Assembly: GCA_002269645.1 (NCBI GenBank)
Contig: NIVC01000814.1
Coordinates: 62,001 to 126,000, forward strand
Length of the DNA: 64,000 nt
DNA from: Macrostomum lignano
Taxonomy: Eukaryota
Direction: 5' to 3'
Part shown: in pieces, positions 39,521 through 50,659 of the stretch
Position numbering within the stretch: position 1 is the stretch's first letter
How the letters are laid out: each line of letters begins with the position of its first letter
Made by a program: the position numbers and the translations under genes
The notes under the pieces: generated by a model
What the model was told of the DNA's origin: nothing
Databases searched by the model: none
Seen by the model: the letters and a program-made list of their open reading frames with translations, nothing else

Positions 39521-41792
39521 ATGTGTTCAACGATGACAGATTCCTTTTGCACTCCGCGAGCCTATCAGCTAACAGTCATTGGCACCTACGGACCAGATGG
39601 TTGCCCAATCGATTTAGCAACTGTCAACCGTCGGTTAGCGAATGACGTCATCTCTTCTGCCGTTGCCATAGCAACGCGGACGCCAATGCCTGAACAGGTG
39701 AATCTTGTTCCACTGTCCGCAGACGAGTGCAATAGTGGTTGCAAAACATCGAATTTCACATTAACATCTGCTTTCCTGGAATCTTGCAATTCAAACCAAT
39801 TAAAAGCGACTTATTTATCTGCTGGTAACATCGAGATGCAAATTGATATTAACGAGGATCGGCCTCAGATCTATTCCGCTGTAGCTGAGTCGTGCTCAAT
39901 GGTTGCTAAATATTCGTTTGTCAATAGTCGAGAAGCTGACTCGCCGCTGCAGGCGGTACCCCTCTTTGTACCGAGTCTGAGTGGCCGCTGTTGCCTGTTG
40001 ACCAGGTTCGCAGCGCTGCAGATAATGTCGCCCGAGTGTGGCAACGGAGACCGTCTGGAATCCCCAATTAAGGATATCTGGATGCAGAGAATTAGCGATA
40101 AAAGGTAAATTCTGAATCATTACCAAACTCAGGCATACTGAACCCCCTTGAATCATCACCAAACTGAGGCTTGATCCCCCTGAATCATCACCAAACTGAG
40201 GCTTGGTCCTCCTGAATCATCACCAAACTGAGGCTTGGTCCTCCTGAATCATCACCAAACTGAGGCTTGATCCCCCTGAATCATCACCAAACTGAGGCTT
40301 GATCCCCCTGAATCATCACCAAACTGAGGCTTGAACCCCCTGAATCATCAACAAACTGAGGCTTGACCCTCCTGAATCATCACCAAACTGAGGCATATAT
40401 ACTGAACCCCCATGAATCATCACCAAACTGAGGCTTGATCCTCCTGAATCATCACCAAACTGAGGCTTGGTCCTCCTGAATCATCACCAAACTGAGGCTT
40501 GAACCCCCTGAATCATCAACAAACTGAGGCTTGATCCTCCTGAATCATCACCAAACTGAGGCATATATACTGAACCCCCATGAATCATCACCAAACTGAG
40601 GCTTGATCCCCCTGAATCATCACCAAACTGAGTCTTGATCCCCCTGAATCATCACCAAACTGAGGCTTGATCCCCCTGAATCATCACCAAACTGAGTCTT
40701 GATCCCCCTGAATCATCACCAAACTGAGGCTTGATCCCCCTGAATCATCACCAAACTGAGTCTTGATCCCCCTGAATCATCACCAAACTGAGGCTTGAAC
40801 CCCCTGAATCATCACCAAACTGAGTCTTGATCCCCCTGAATCATCACCAAACTGAGGCTTGATCCCCCTGAATCATCACCAAACTGAGTCTTGATCCCCC
40901 TGAATCATCACCAAACTGAGGCTTGATCCCCCTGAATCATCACCAAACTGAGGCTTGATCCCCCTGAATCATCACCAAACTGAGGCTTAAACCCCCTGAA
41001 TCATCACCAAACTGAGGCTTACACTCCCTTAATCATCGTCATAACGTCTCCTTACATCCCCTGAATCATCACCCGTGACTCAGACCATTTAACTCCCTAC
41101 AATTTCCAGCCATTGGCAGGAAGAGGCGCCTTCATTGCTGGGCGTCAATCCACCCCAAAACCCTTTGGTTCGTCTGCGCATGTGGCGTCACATTGGCGCG
41201 GATAAGCTCAATGAACTCACCTTAGCGGTCTCAGTAGCCGCCCTAGACTCAAACGGCGGTTTCGCAAACAGTACGCAGCTTCCGTGGCCAAGTCTGATGC
41301 TTGATGTTGAATATTTCACTCGAAACACTCGAAACGATCACGAGATGGACGAACTCGAACCGTTGCCAGTTGTCAACATCTCCGGTCGAGTTTCATTCGA
41401 AACTATGCCAATTAATTTAGCGTTAGATTCGCGTCGAATTCACCTGGTGATCGGTTCTCGCATGGCAACCGTTGCTAAGGAGATAAGCGCTAATTCGTTT
41501 ACGATGCTGCCTAGTCTAAAATCGGCATTGGATTACGCGAAATGGTTGGCTAATCATCGCTTGGCATCTCCAACTGTCTGGATTATGGGTGGCCAAGAGA
41601 TTTATCGAAGCGCCGTAACCATGGCAACTTGTCAACGAGTTCACCTGACTAGGGTGCTATGTGATTTTCCTGCAGATCGTTTTTTTCCCAATGGATTCGT
41701 TAGACGAACTGTTTAAAGTGGAATCGGTGTCTGGGGAGATGCGCGAGCATGGAATCCCATTTCGGTTTGAGGTTTACAGCAGGAAGGAGTAA
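39521..41792 (+). CDS. DHFR: Two-domain protein with a C-terminal divergent dihydrofolate reductase domain; apparent +1 frameshift at T7 run 41680-41686
   Basis: Exon 39521-40104 (AG|GTAAAT) joins exon 41110 onward (TTCCAG|C) in phase 2. DHFR motifs: VAALDSNGGFANSTQLPWP, LDVEYF (catalytic acid), ISGRVSFETMP, RIHLVI, VWIMGGQEIY, RVHLTRVLCDFPADRFFP. Removing one T restores MDSLDELFKVESVSGEMREHGIPFRFEVYSRKE*, a typical DHFR C-terminus ending at TAA 41790-41792. Confidence 0.8.
40110..41075. repeat. 32-bp minisatellite in the DHFR-like intron (TGAATCATCACCAAACTGAGGCTTGATCCCCC)
   Basis: About 29 copies between donor 40105 and acceptor 41109. Confidence 0.96.
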
Positions 41793-41825
41793 AGAACTTG
41801 AAGGAATGAAGGATTGTATGCACTG

Positions 41826-42660
41826 TGAGTAGTGACTCATTGCTAGATTTTGAGTCATGCAGTTATTTATAGTGACTCATTGCTAGATTTTTAGTCATGC
41901 AGTTATCTAGTGACTCATTGCTACATTTTGAGTCATGCAGTTATCTAGTGACTCATTGCTAGATTTTGAGTCATGCAGTTATTTATAGTGACTCATTGCT
42001 AGATTTTGAGTCATGCAGTTATCTAGTGACTCATTGCTAGATTTTGAGTCATGCAGTTATCTAGTGACTCATTGCTAGATTTTGAGTCATGCAGTTATCT
42101 AGTGACTCATTGCTAGATTTTGAGTCATGCAGTTATTTATAGTGACTCATTGCTAGATTTTTAGTCATGCAGTTATCTAGTGACTCATTGCTACATTTTG
42201 AGTCATGCAGTTATCTAGTGACTCATTGCTAGATTTTGAGTCATGCAGTTATTTATAGTGACTCATTGCTAGATTTTGAGTCATGCAGTTTTCTAGTGAC
42301 TCATTGCTCGATTTTGAGTCATGCAGTTATCTAGTGACTCATTGCTAGATTTTTAGTCACGCAGTTATCTAGTGACTCATTGCTAGATTTTGAGTCATGC
42401 AGTTATTTATAGTGACTCATTGCTAGATTTTGAGTCATGCAGTTATTTATAGTGACTCATTGCTAGATTTTGAGTCATGCAGTTGTCTAGTGACTCATTG
42501 CTAGATTTTGAGTCATGCAGTTATTTATAGTGACTCATTGCTAGATTTTGAGTCATGCAGTTATTTATAGTGACTCATTGCTAGATTTTGAGTCATGCAG
42601 TTATTTATAGTGACTCATTGCTAGATTTTGAGTCATGCAGTTATTTATAGTGACTTATTG
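41826..42660. repeat. 38/42-bp minisatellite; each unit carries an inverted TGACTCA/TGAGTCA pair
   Basis: Unit AGTGACTCATTGCTAGATTTTGAGTCATGCAGTTAT(TTAT/CT), about 20 copies. Confidence 0.96.
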
Positions 42661-43130
42661 GTAGATATTGGGTCAGTTTTAAAAATTGGCAGATCTTAGT
42701 GCATGAAATAGTTGAAATTTTATTAATATTATTTAAACAAATTAAAAAAGGAGTAAAATTAAAATGTATATTCACCAGCAGTTAGAAAACAGTAAATATC
42801 TACTAATAGCTAAGATTTAAATCGGTATTAGGAACTATTAAAAAGCTCGTATTTTATGTGTAGCTATTACCAATTTTACATGTGGTATTACATTGTCTCT
42901 TTTGTTGCGTTTGTTTGTTTTTTGCGGTGCAATATTAAAATTTTCCTAAACATTTTCTGAAAATCATTGCCAGTCTATGTTTAAAAAGCATAATCAATTA
43001 TATTTGTCAATTTTTTAAATAAAATAAAGCATTTTGATCTTTTTAAAACTATTAATTAGCTACAATATTTCTGTCTGTTTTGTTTCGTTGTTTAACATTT
43101 AAATTATACAGAAAGTTTTTTATATAATAG

Positions 43131-43762
43131 TTAAAATTTTTTGTCAATACGCTGCTTGGACCTCATTATAACATAAATAAGTTCGAAAAATTCGAATATA
43201 GTAAGCAAGCTGACGCCAAACCAGAGGCCCAAAACGCCGCCAATCTGAAAAGAGGAAAAAATTAACAGACACCATTTTTCAAATCTATTGAAACCCATTC
43301 AATTCCATGAAATACAAAAATCTAACGAATGATTCATATTTAGGAGGTCTCCGGGTCTTCAGCGACATCCGTACGGCAACCAGCGCCATTCTGGCCAACC
43401 CGCTGACTCCTGAGCACATGCAAGCCCGCCAATACTGTACGCAGGCACGCACTGGGTGTACAGCGGCCCTGACTTTCTAATCGTCAGGCATGTACACTCT
43501 GTGCGAATAAAGGGTCGGTCTTCATGGCTGTGAATCACACGACACCCACTGGCCAAAGTAATGGGGACTGGAGACTCGAACCAGGGGTCGTGGCGCAAGA
43601 GTCCATGTATTTGGCGCTGACTAACAAACTACCTAAATAACTAACTACCTAACTAACTAACTCTAACTAACTAACTAACTACCTAACTAACTAACTACCT
43701 AACTAACTAACTCTAACTAACTAACTAACTACCTAACTAACTAACTACCTAACTAACTAACT

Positions 43763-43849
<87 letters not shown>

Positions 43850-43874
43850 CCTAACTAACTACCTAACTAACTAC

Positions 43875-43929
<55 letters not shown>

Positions 43930-44060
43930 CCTAACTAACTACCTAACTAACTAACTAACTACCTAACTAACTAACTAACTAACTACCTAACTAACTAGCT
44001 AACTAACTACCTAACTAACTAACTCTAACTAACTAACTACCTAACTAACTAACTAACTAC

Positions 44061-44116
<56 letters not shown>

Positions 44117-47092
44117 GTAACTAACATGTACCAAATAACTAGGCAGCAAACAAACAAACCGCATGCAATTCGAGCTAAAACTACCTACCTCGGACAGGAA
44201 CTCGATTCCCGTATACGAATAGGACTCGTTATACACGGTGGCAGCAGGTGATGCAAGTCGCACATTGATTCTTAATAGATTTCTCCTGACAATGTCCTTG
44301 TTCAAACAGGCCGCCGTCTCAGCGATGTTGCCTTCGTGAAATTCATGAATGCCAGCGCAGCGGGGCAGCAGCAGGGATCTGATGGCGACGTTCTCACGGC
44401 TGCTCAACTTTATAGTGCCATTTTTAGTGGCAGCCGCTACAACTTCCGCATCGGAGAAATTAAATATTCGATGATCATGGGGGTCGTTCGGTCCTGACAA
44501 TTCCGTGCCGTTTGCCAACCGGTGTAGAAAGTACAAAATGGTCACCGATACCAGGTCCTCGTCCGTGGGCCATCTGCAGATGCATGTGCACTTTTAAATG
44601 TGCGTTGTCTGCCGTCTGTGTGTATATATCTAGCTGTCCTGTCTACTATGCTAATAACTACCAGTCTACTATGCTAATATCTACCAGTCTACTATGCTAA
44701 TATCTACCAGTCTACTATGCCTATATCTACCAGTCTACCATTGCAATATCTACCAGTCTACTATGCTAATATCTACCAGCCTACCATTGCAATAACTACC
44801 AGTCTACTATGCCAATATCTACCAGCCTACCATTGCAATAACTACCAGTCTACTATGCCAATATCTACGAGTCTACTATGCTAATATCTACCCGTCTACT
44901 ATGCCAATATCTGCCAGTCTACTATTGCAATATCTACCAGTCTACTATGCTACTATCTACCAGTCTACTATGCAAATATCTACCAGTCTACTATGCCAAT
45001 ATCTACCAGTCTACCATTGCAATATCTACCAGTCTACCATTTCAATAACTACCAGTCTACTATGCCAATATCTACCAGTCTACCATTGCAATATCTACCA
45101 GTCTACTATGCCAATATCTACCAGTCTACCATACCAATATCTACCAGTCTACTATGCTAATATCTACCGGTCAACTATGTTAATATCTACCAGTCTAATA
45201 TGCTAATATCTACCAGTCTAATATGCTAATATCTACCAGTCTAATATGCTAATATCTACCAGTCTAATATGCTAATATCTACCAGTCTAATATGCTAATA
45301 TCTAACAGTCTACTATGCTAATATCTAACAGTCTACTATGCTAATATCTAACAGTCTAATATGCTAATATCTACCAGTCTAATATGCTAATATCTAACAG
45401 TCTACTATGCTAATATCTAACAGTCTACTATGCTAATATCTAACAGTCTACTATGCCACTATCTACCAGTCTACCATTGCAATAACTACCAGTCTACTAT
45501 GCCAATATCTACCAGTCTAGAGAACTAGCACCAAAGCAATTCACCTAGTACTCTTATACCGAACCTCACGATACGTTTCGTGACACGGCCTAACAACGGT
45601 GCTAACATCGTCTAACTCAGAAATTCCAATGAACTTCTGATACCAATAATCGTGACAGTAGATCTGAGTTAGCAATTCACTACTGGGTTGCTTCCGGTAC
45701 TGCAGCGGTGCATAATAGCATAGCAGGCTTTTTCCCACTCGAAATGGCATCCGATGGGAGTAACAACCGCATCGCTGATAAATCAGATCTTGTATCCGGT
45801 CATTCAGTACATCTTCCACGCTCTCTGTGAATTCTCTTCGCTTTTGATTGTCCGGTCCAATTCCGAAGTTGGTCACGTAGTCTATGGTCCCGAGCGGCCG
45901 GCTGGAGCAGGGACTGTCCGCTTGGTTGATTCGATTTCTCTCCATTGAGAATACGTGCAGTATTGCTGATTCGGAGTTCTTCACAGTGAATCTGGTCTTG
46001 TCTGAGCGATATTGAATAACAGCTTGTTAGTGCATTAATTAAATGCTAAATGATGGATCTGTCTGCCTTTTCGGAAATGTATATAGATATTGCCCCTGAC
46101 AGAATCGCTCCCTGACAGAATCGCTCCCTGACAGAATCGCTCCCTGACAGAATCGCTCCCTGACAGAATCGCTCCCTGACAGAATCGCTCCATGACAGAA
46201 TCACCTCTCACAGAATCGCCATCTGACAGAATCACCCATGACAGAATCGCTCCCTGACAGAATCGCTCCCTGACAGAATCGCTCCCTGACAGAATCGCTC
46301 CATGACAGAATCACCTCTCACAGAATCGCCATCTGACAGAATCACCCATGACAGAATCGCTCCCTGACAGAATCGCTCCCTGACAGAATCGCTCCATGAC
46401 AGAATCACCTCTCACATCTGACAGAATCACCCATGACAGAATCACCCCGGACAGAATCGCGCCTGAAAGCATCGCCTCTGACAGACTTAACCCCTGACAG
46501 AATTACCCCTTGACAGAATCACCCCCTGACACAATATCCCCTGACAGAATCGCCCCCTGACACTATCTCCCCTGACAGAATCGCCCCCTGACAGAATCGC
46601 CCGAAAGAAGCTGCGAGAACAGCACTCACAAAACATGGGATAGGATCCAGTGGGATGCAGGATGACCTGCATTCCATCCGAGCTAAGATGATTGACGTCC
46701 AACAGGCGATTCAACCGAAACTCTGAATCATCAGCCAGAAACTGTCTCAGAGACAGGCCTTCAATTCGATAGTCTCTGTTGCTATCCCGCCGCGATCGGT
46801 TGTACTCAGAGTGACTGCTTGAGGTTGACGAGAAAAAATTGCTATCGGCAAAGATGTTCAACATGAGGCCGGCATTGTGCTCGCCGGTTGGATTGTCGTA
46901 TCTCAGGCTGGAGTGGGGCCGGAACATGTAGCAGTTCCAGTGGCGGTAGTGCTGCACCAAGCTGAAATTCTTCTTGTTACAGGGCTGCCCGTTGAACTGG
47001 CACTCCAGTATGGTGCTGTAGTCTAGCAGGCTGAGGTCTCGGGTGTCGTCCGACACCCACAGCACCTGGTGGAGTTCAGGTGGCTGTCTGCC

Positions 47093-47153
<61 letters not shown>

Positions 47154-47156
47154 GCC

Positions 47157-47188
<32 letters not shown>

Positions 47189-48491
47189 CTGTCTGTCTGT
47201 CTGTCTGTAACACATAACAAAACTCACCTCCAACATCTTGGCCAGCACCTTCACAATGCGCAGGCGGTAATCTCTGTAGGACTCGGTTTTACCCTGTCGC
47301 CTCTGATGGGTAAACCAGGCGTCAAAGTAGCCCCAGTGACGCTCCAGGTGTCTGTCCATCACCGGTCTGGATAGTGACAAGAAAAATTGATGACAAGTAG
47401 AAAATTAAGGAATTGATTCTTTAGCCATTGCTTTGCCTTTAAAAATTTATTCCCACAAGACCAGCCACTTTTATAGTAAAAAACACCAGTTTTAAAAATT
47501 AAATGAAAAACACTGTACTTGAATACTACTAGCAGTAGACTGACAGAGCATTTTGTTTCGAGGAATTTTTTACCACACGCGGAATCTCTCCTGGGGATTC
47601 AAGTCGAGAAATTTCCCCATCTGGGGATCTAGAAATAAAAATAGGACTCGAGGATTCTAGTTTCAAAATCTCCTCATTCAGGGATCTACAGGCAAAGGGG
47701 AAATAACGATTCTAGTCTCAATATCTTCCCATTTTGAGATCTTAAAAGAAAATGAGGATTTTAATTTCAAATCTCTCCATTTGGGAATCTAAAGGGGAAA
47801 TGAGGATTCTAGTCTCGAAATCTTTCTATTTGGGGATCTAAAGCCAGGAAAATGAAGATTATAGTCTCGAAATCTTCCCATTAGGGGATCTAAAGGGGCA
47901 ATGAGGATTCTTGTCTCGAAATCTTCCCATTTGGGGATCTAAATGGAAAATGAGGATTATAGCGTCGAAATCCCTCATTTGGGGATCTACTTGGGAAAAA
48001 AGGATTCTAGGCTCAATTAGGGAGCTAATAAAGCTGTTAAATTATTATTCCCAAATTGGGATTAAGGTCCATCTTTGATTCCCACACCTGTAGTAGCTGA
48101 GCAGGGACTCTGATGCCGGTTTGAGGCTGCACAGCGTCACGCTGGGAAACTCAGCTGGAGCCGCATCAACCGTCACCTGTGAGGCGACACCGCTAGCCAG
48201 GAAGTCTTGCACCGATCTGACCAGGTGCACCAGGCCGAGAATCGTCACTGTCAGCATAATGATTGCCCAGCAGAACTTCCTCTGTACAGAGTGGGCCGCC
48301 ATCAGGTGTGGAACGCCTTCAATGGTAGTTCTCTCCGACCAGAGGCGCGTGTGCGCCAGAGCCAGCTCGCGCAGCTTCAACCGTCGTCTCAATTTCACCA
48401 GATTCTTCATGTCGGGTTTTGTGTTGCCAACCAGTAGGGATAATATTGAATCCCTCTCCATCGCCGAACTTTTCTTGCTGCTAATGCTCAT
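43131..48491 (-). CDS. DEG/ENaC (amiloride-sensitive sodium channel superfamily) subunit, 6 coding exons
   Basis: Exons 48491-48088, 47366-47228, 47083-46630, 46022-45545, 44573-44189 and 43244-43131, phases consistent. Pre-TM1 TTIEGVPHL, TM1 RKFCWAIIMLTVTILG, FPSVTLCSL, NCYMF, RCGC, PCHETY, RWPT, NLLRINV, TM2 FLSEIGGVLGLWFGVSLLTIFEFFE with a GxS filter. Confidence 0.92.
43345..43622 (-). mobile_element. Probable tRNA-derived SINE in ENaC intron 5
   Basis: GC-rich island in an AT-rich intron. The minus strand reads ...GGACTCTTGCGCCACGACCCCTGGTTCGAGTCTCC, with a B-box (GGTTCGAGTC, 43573-43582) in a tRNA-like context. No clear A-box, TSD or tail. Confidence 0.45.
43620..44125. repeat. (CTAA)n microsatellite with CTAC variants, ENaC intron 5
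   Basis: Direct inspection. Confidence 0.97.
44635..45520. repeat. 23-bp minisatellite, ENaC intron 4 (CTACCAGTCTACTATGCTAATAT)
   Basis: Direct inspection. Confidence 0.95.
46095..46600. repeat. 16-bp minisatellite, ENaC intron 3 (GACAGAATCGCTCCCT)
   Basis: Direct inspection. Confidence 0.95.
47085..47205. repeat. (GTCT)n microsatellite forming most of ENaC intron 2
   Basis: Direct inspection. Confidence 0.97.
47590..48010. repeat. Degenerate ~48-bp repeat, ENaC intron 1
   Basis: GAGGATT(C/A)TAGTCTCGAAATCTTCCCATTTGGGGATCTAAA units, related to 52070-52490. Confidence 0.8.
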
Positions 48492-48657
48492 GCTTGGTGT
48501 TCGCGCGTGCAAGAGATTATATAATTATTTTCTGATTTGTCGTACGAGCTGCTCTGATCTTTCAATTAATTCAATATAGCTTTTTGCAGCCCATTTGGGC
48601 TTACGCGCATTTAATTTAATCCAAGATATGTTTGTCAAAGTAATGGAACTTTTGTCT

Positions 48658-49241
48658 ATGGTAGCAAGGCTGGCACAGCGGCATTTAATTTGGTCCAACA
48701 AGCATCAATTTGGTCCATTTAGTTCATTTGCAGCTCAGTCCCAGAATTGTGGACCATATGCTAGGCTGTTGAACGAATGCCATTGGCTTGTGATCGAAGC
48801 ACTCGACGGAGGTGAACACCCAAAGGACATTGCAATGTTGCTGAATGTAAAAGAAAAGATGGTTTACAGCATCCAGCAGCGCCTTGAAACTCTGCCGGCA
48901 GAGATTGCCTGCGAAAGGGTGGCAATCGCCAAGGAAAGTTGCTCGAGAGCCTCAGGTCCAACTGCTACTCGATGCAGTGGAGACGAACCCTTTGTTGACG
49001 TTGCCGAAATGCAGCAGAAGTTGAAGGAACAGTTCCAGTTGGTTATCAGATTTCGACTATCAGCAGAGCTCTGGAAAAGCAACTGAAAATTGCTGGTAGA
49101 GACGCTGACATTCCAGCGGTGCGCAACAACCTGCAGACGGTTGAGAGAAGGCAAGAGTTTGTCCAATGGCTCACGAGTGTTTGGACCAAATGGATGCTTG
49201 TTCGACCAAATTAAATGCCGCTGCGCCAGCCTTGCTACCAT
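48658..49241 (+). mobile_element. Tc1/mariner (IS630-Tc1) internally deleted element with ~60-bp TIRs
   Basis: Left ATGGTAGCAAGGCTGGCACAGCGGCATTTAATTTGGTCCAACAAGCATCAATTTGGTCCA is the reverse complement of the right end (about 49182-49241) with 3 mismatches. The interior encodes an HTH-like region (LVIEALDGGEHPKDIAMLLNVKEKMVYSIQQR) and, after a frameshift, RNNLQTVERRQEFVQW. No DDE domain. TA is present only on the left flank. Confidence 0.75.
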
Positions 49242-49588
49242 GGTGAAGTGAAGAATGCTATATTTCTTCTAGGACTTAATCATGTACTTCTTGTGTTGCT
49301 AGGCCATAGACTTTTAGATTTTTTCTCGGAATTAATAGCTTATCGCTAACTGTTCCAGTTCTAGTCACAGAACTTACCCAGAATGCTCAATCAGCGATTT
49401 TATGAAATTAAACTGCGTAGAAATAGATATGCGTGCAAACTACTAATCCGGTGAAGAAACATAAGTAGCCATAGACTATTACTCAAGTGTGTAGCACAAG
49501 ATATATTCATTTAATAGAATGACTTGCAGCAGCATTGTCTTCTCACAAAAAATGTGGATGTTTGGTTTTGCTGCAGTGAAGTACATGT

Positions 49589-49869
49589 ATGCCTTCGGCA
49601 AAATCACGAAAACAGTGCGCTGCCTATGGCTGTCCAAATTATTCCTATCGTTGTCTACCAGAAACCAGGTTTCACAGCTTTCCTTCAAACCACGCCCGGT
49701 AAGCTAGTGACCAATATTATTTGCATGAAAACTTGTGTACGATTTGTGTTGTATTTTACGCTGTAGGTGTGAAGACTCGGCTCGTCGCATCTTCCGTGCT
49801 GACCTTCTGAGGAAGAAATATGAGCGCAAGTTGGCGAATGCAGTGGTGTGCAGTCAGCACTTCGGCTGA
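49589..49869 (+). CDS. Two-exon THAP (C2CH zinc finger)-only ORF, about 70 aa; possibly a degenerate P-element/THAP9-type remnant
   Basis: Exon 49589-49698 (MPSAKSRKQCAAYGCPNYSYRCLPETRFHSFPSNHAR, donor GTAAGC) plus an exon from 49767 (CEDSARRIFRADLLRKKYERKLANAVVCSQHFG*). All four Zn ligands and FP are present; the usual Trp is missing in frame. Absent from the ORF track because it is split by a 68-nt intron. Confidence 0.65.
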
Positions 49870-50659
49870 TCACATGTATGTGTGCCCGCCTCCAAAGCCA
49901 AGAGCCTGTCTCAGCACATTGAGTCCCATTCGGTAAGTTGTGCAATCAGCTTTGCAGCGCTATATTGCCGCCTACGGCTGCACCGGATTAGTAGTTTGCA
50001 CGCATCTCTATTCTACGCAGTTTAATTTCATAGAATTGCTGATTTAGCATTCTGGGTAAGTTCTATGGTTCTAGTAGCTGTCTGTACTCAAGTACTCAAG
50101 TTCGTAAGTTCTCAAGTACATATTTCTAATCGTTCCATTTCTCTCCCTCTTTCCCTCACTCTCCCCTTTGTCTCTCTCCGCCTCCCTCTCCCTTTCTTCC
50201 CCCTCTCTCTCCCTCTCTCTCCCACTCTCTACCTTTCTCATCTCAATCCCACCTATTCTATCCACTATTAGTGGACAGATAAAATAGTGAATTTGATCGT
50301 GTCACATTTTGGACAGTATAAGCCACGTGCTGAAAATTTATTTTTTTAAAGTTGACAAAGAAATCGATACGCAGATATTTCAATTTCGTTAATAATTTAT
50401 TTGCGATTTAAACAAGAATTTAATTTTTAATACTTAATTATGTTTAATAGGAAACATTAGAAGCATTACTGGTTTAAATACAATATTTAATAAACGTACT
50501 CGTGATTTAAGAATATCAATTATTAAAAAATTAAAATTAACTATTGCAGAAAAAAATTCAAACAGGTATCTTAGGGATTTCGAATAATTTGAGTTTCAGT
50601 GTTTGAAAAAAATGAGAAACATTTCGCCTCTTAGCGTAATTAGCTCGTGTTTATGGCGC

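Noticed and set aside
25800-42660. CRISPR-like appearance of the 32-48-bp palindromic repeats
   Set aside because: Units are head to tail with no unique spacers, no cas genes are present, and the context is eukaryotic and intronic.
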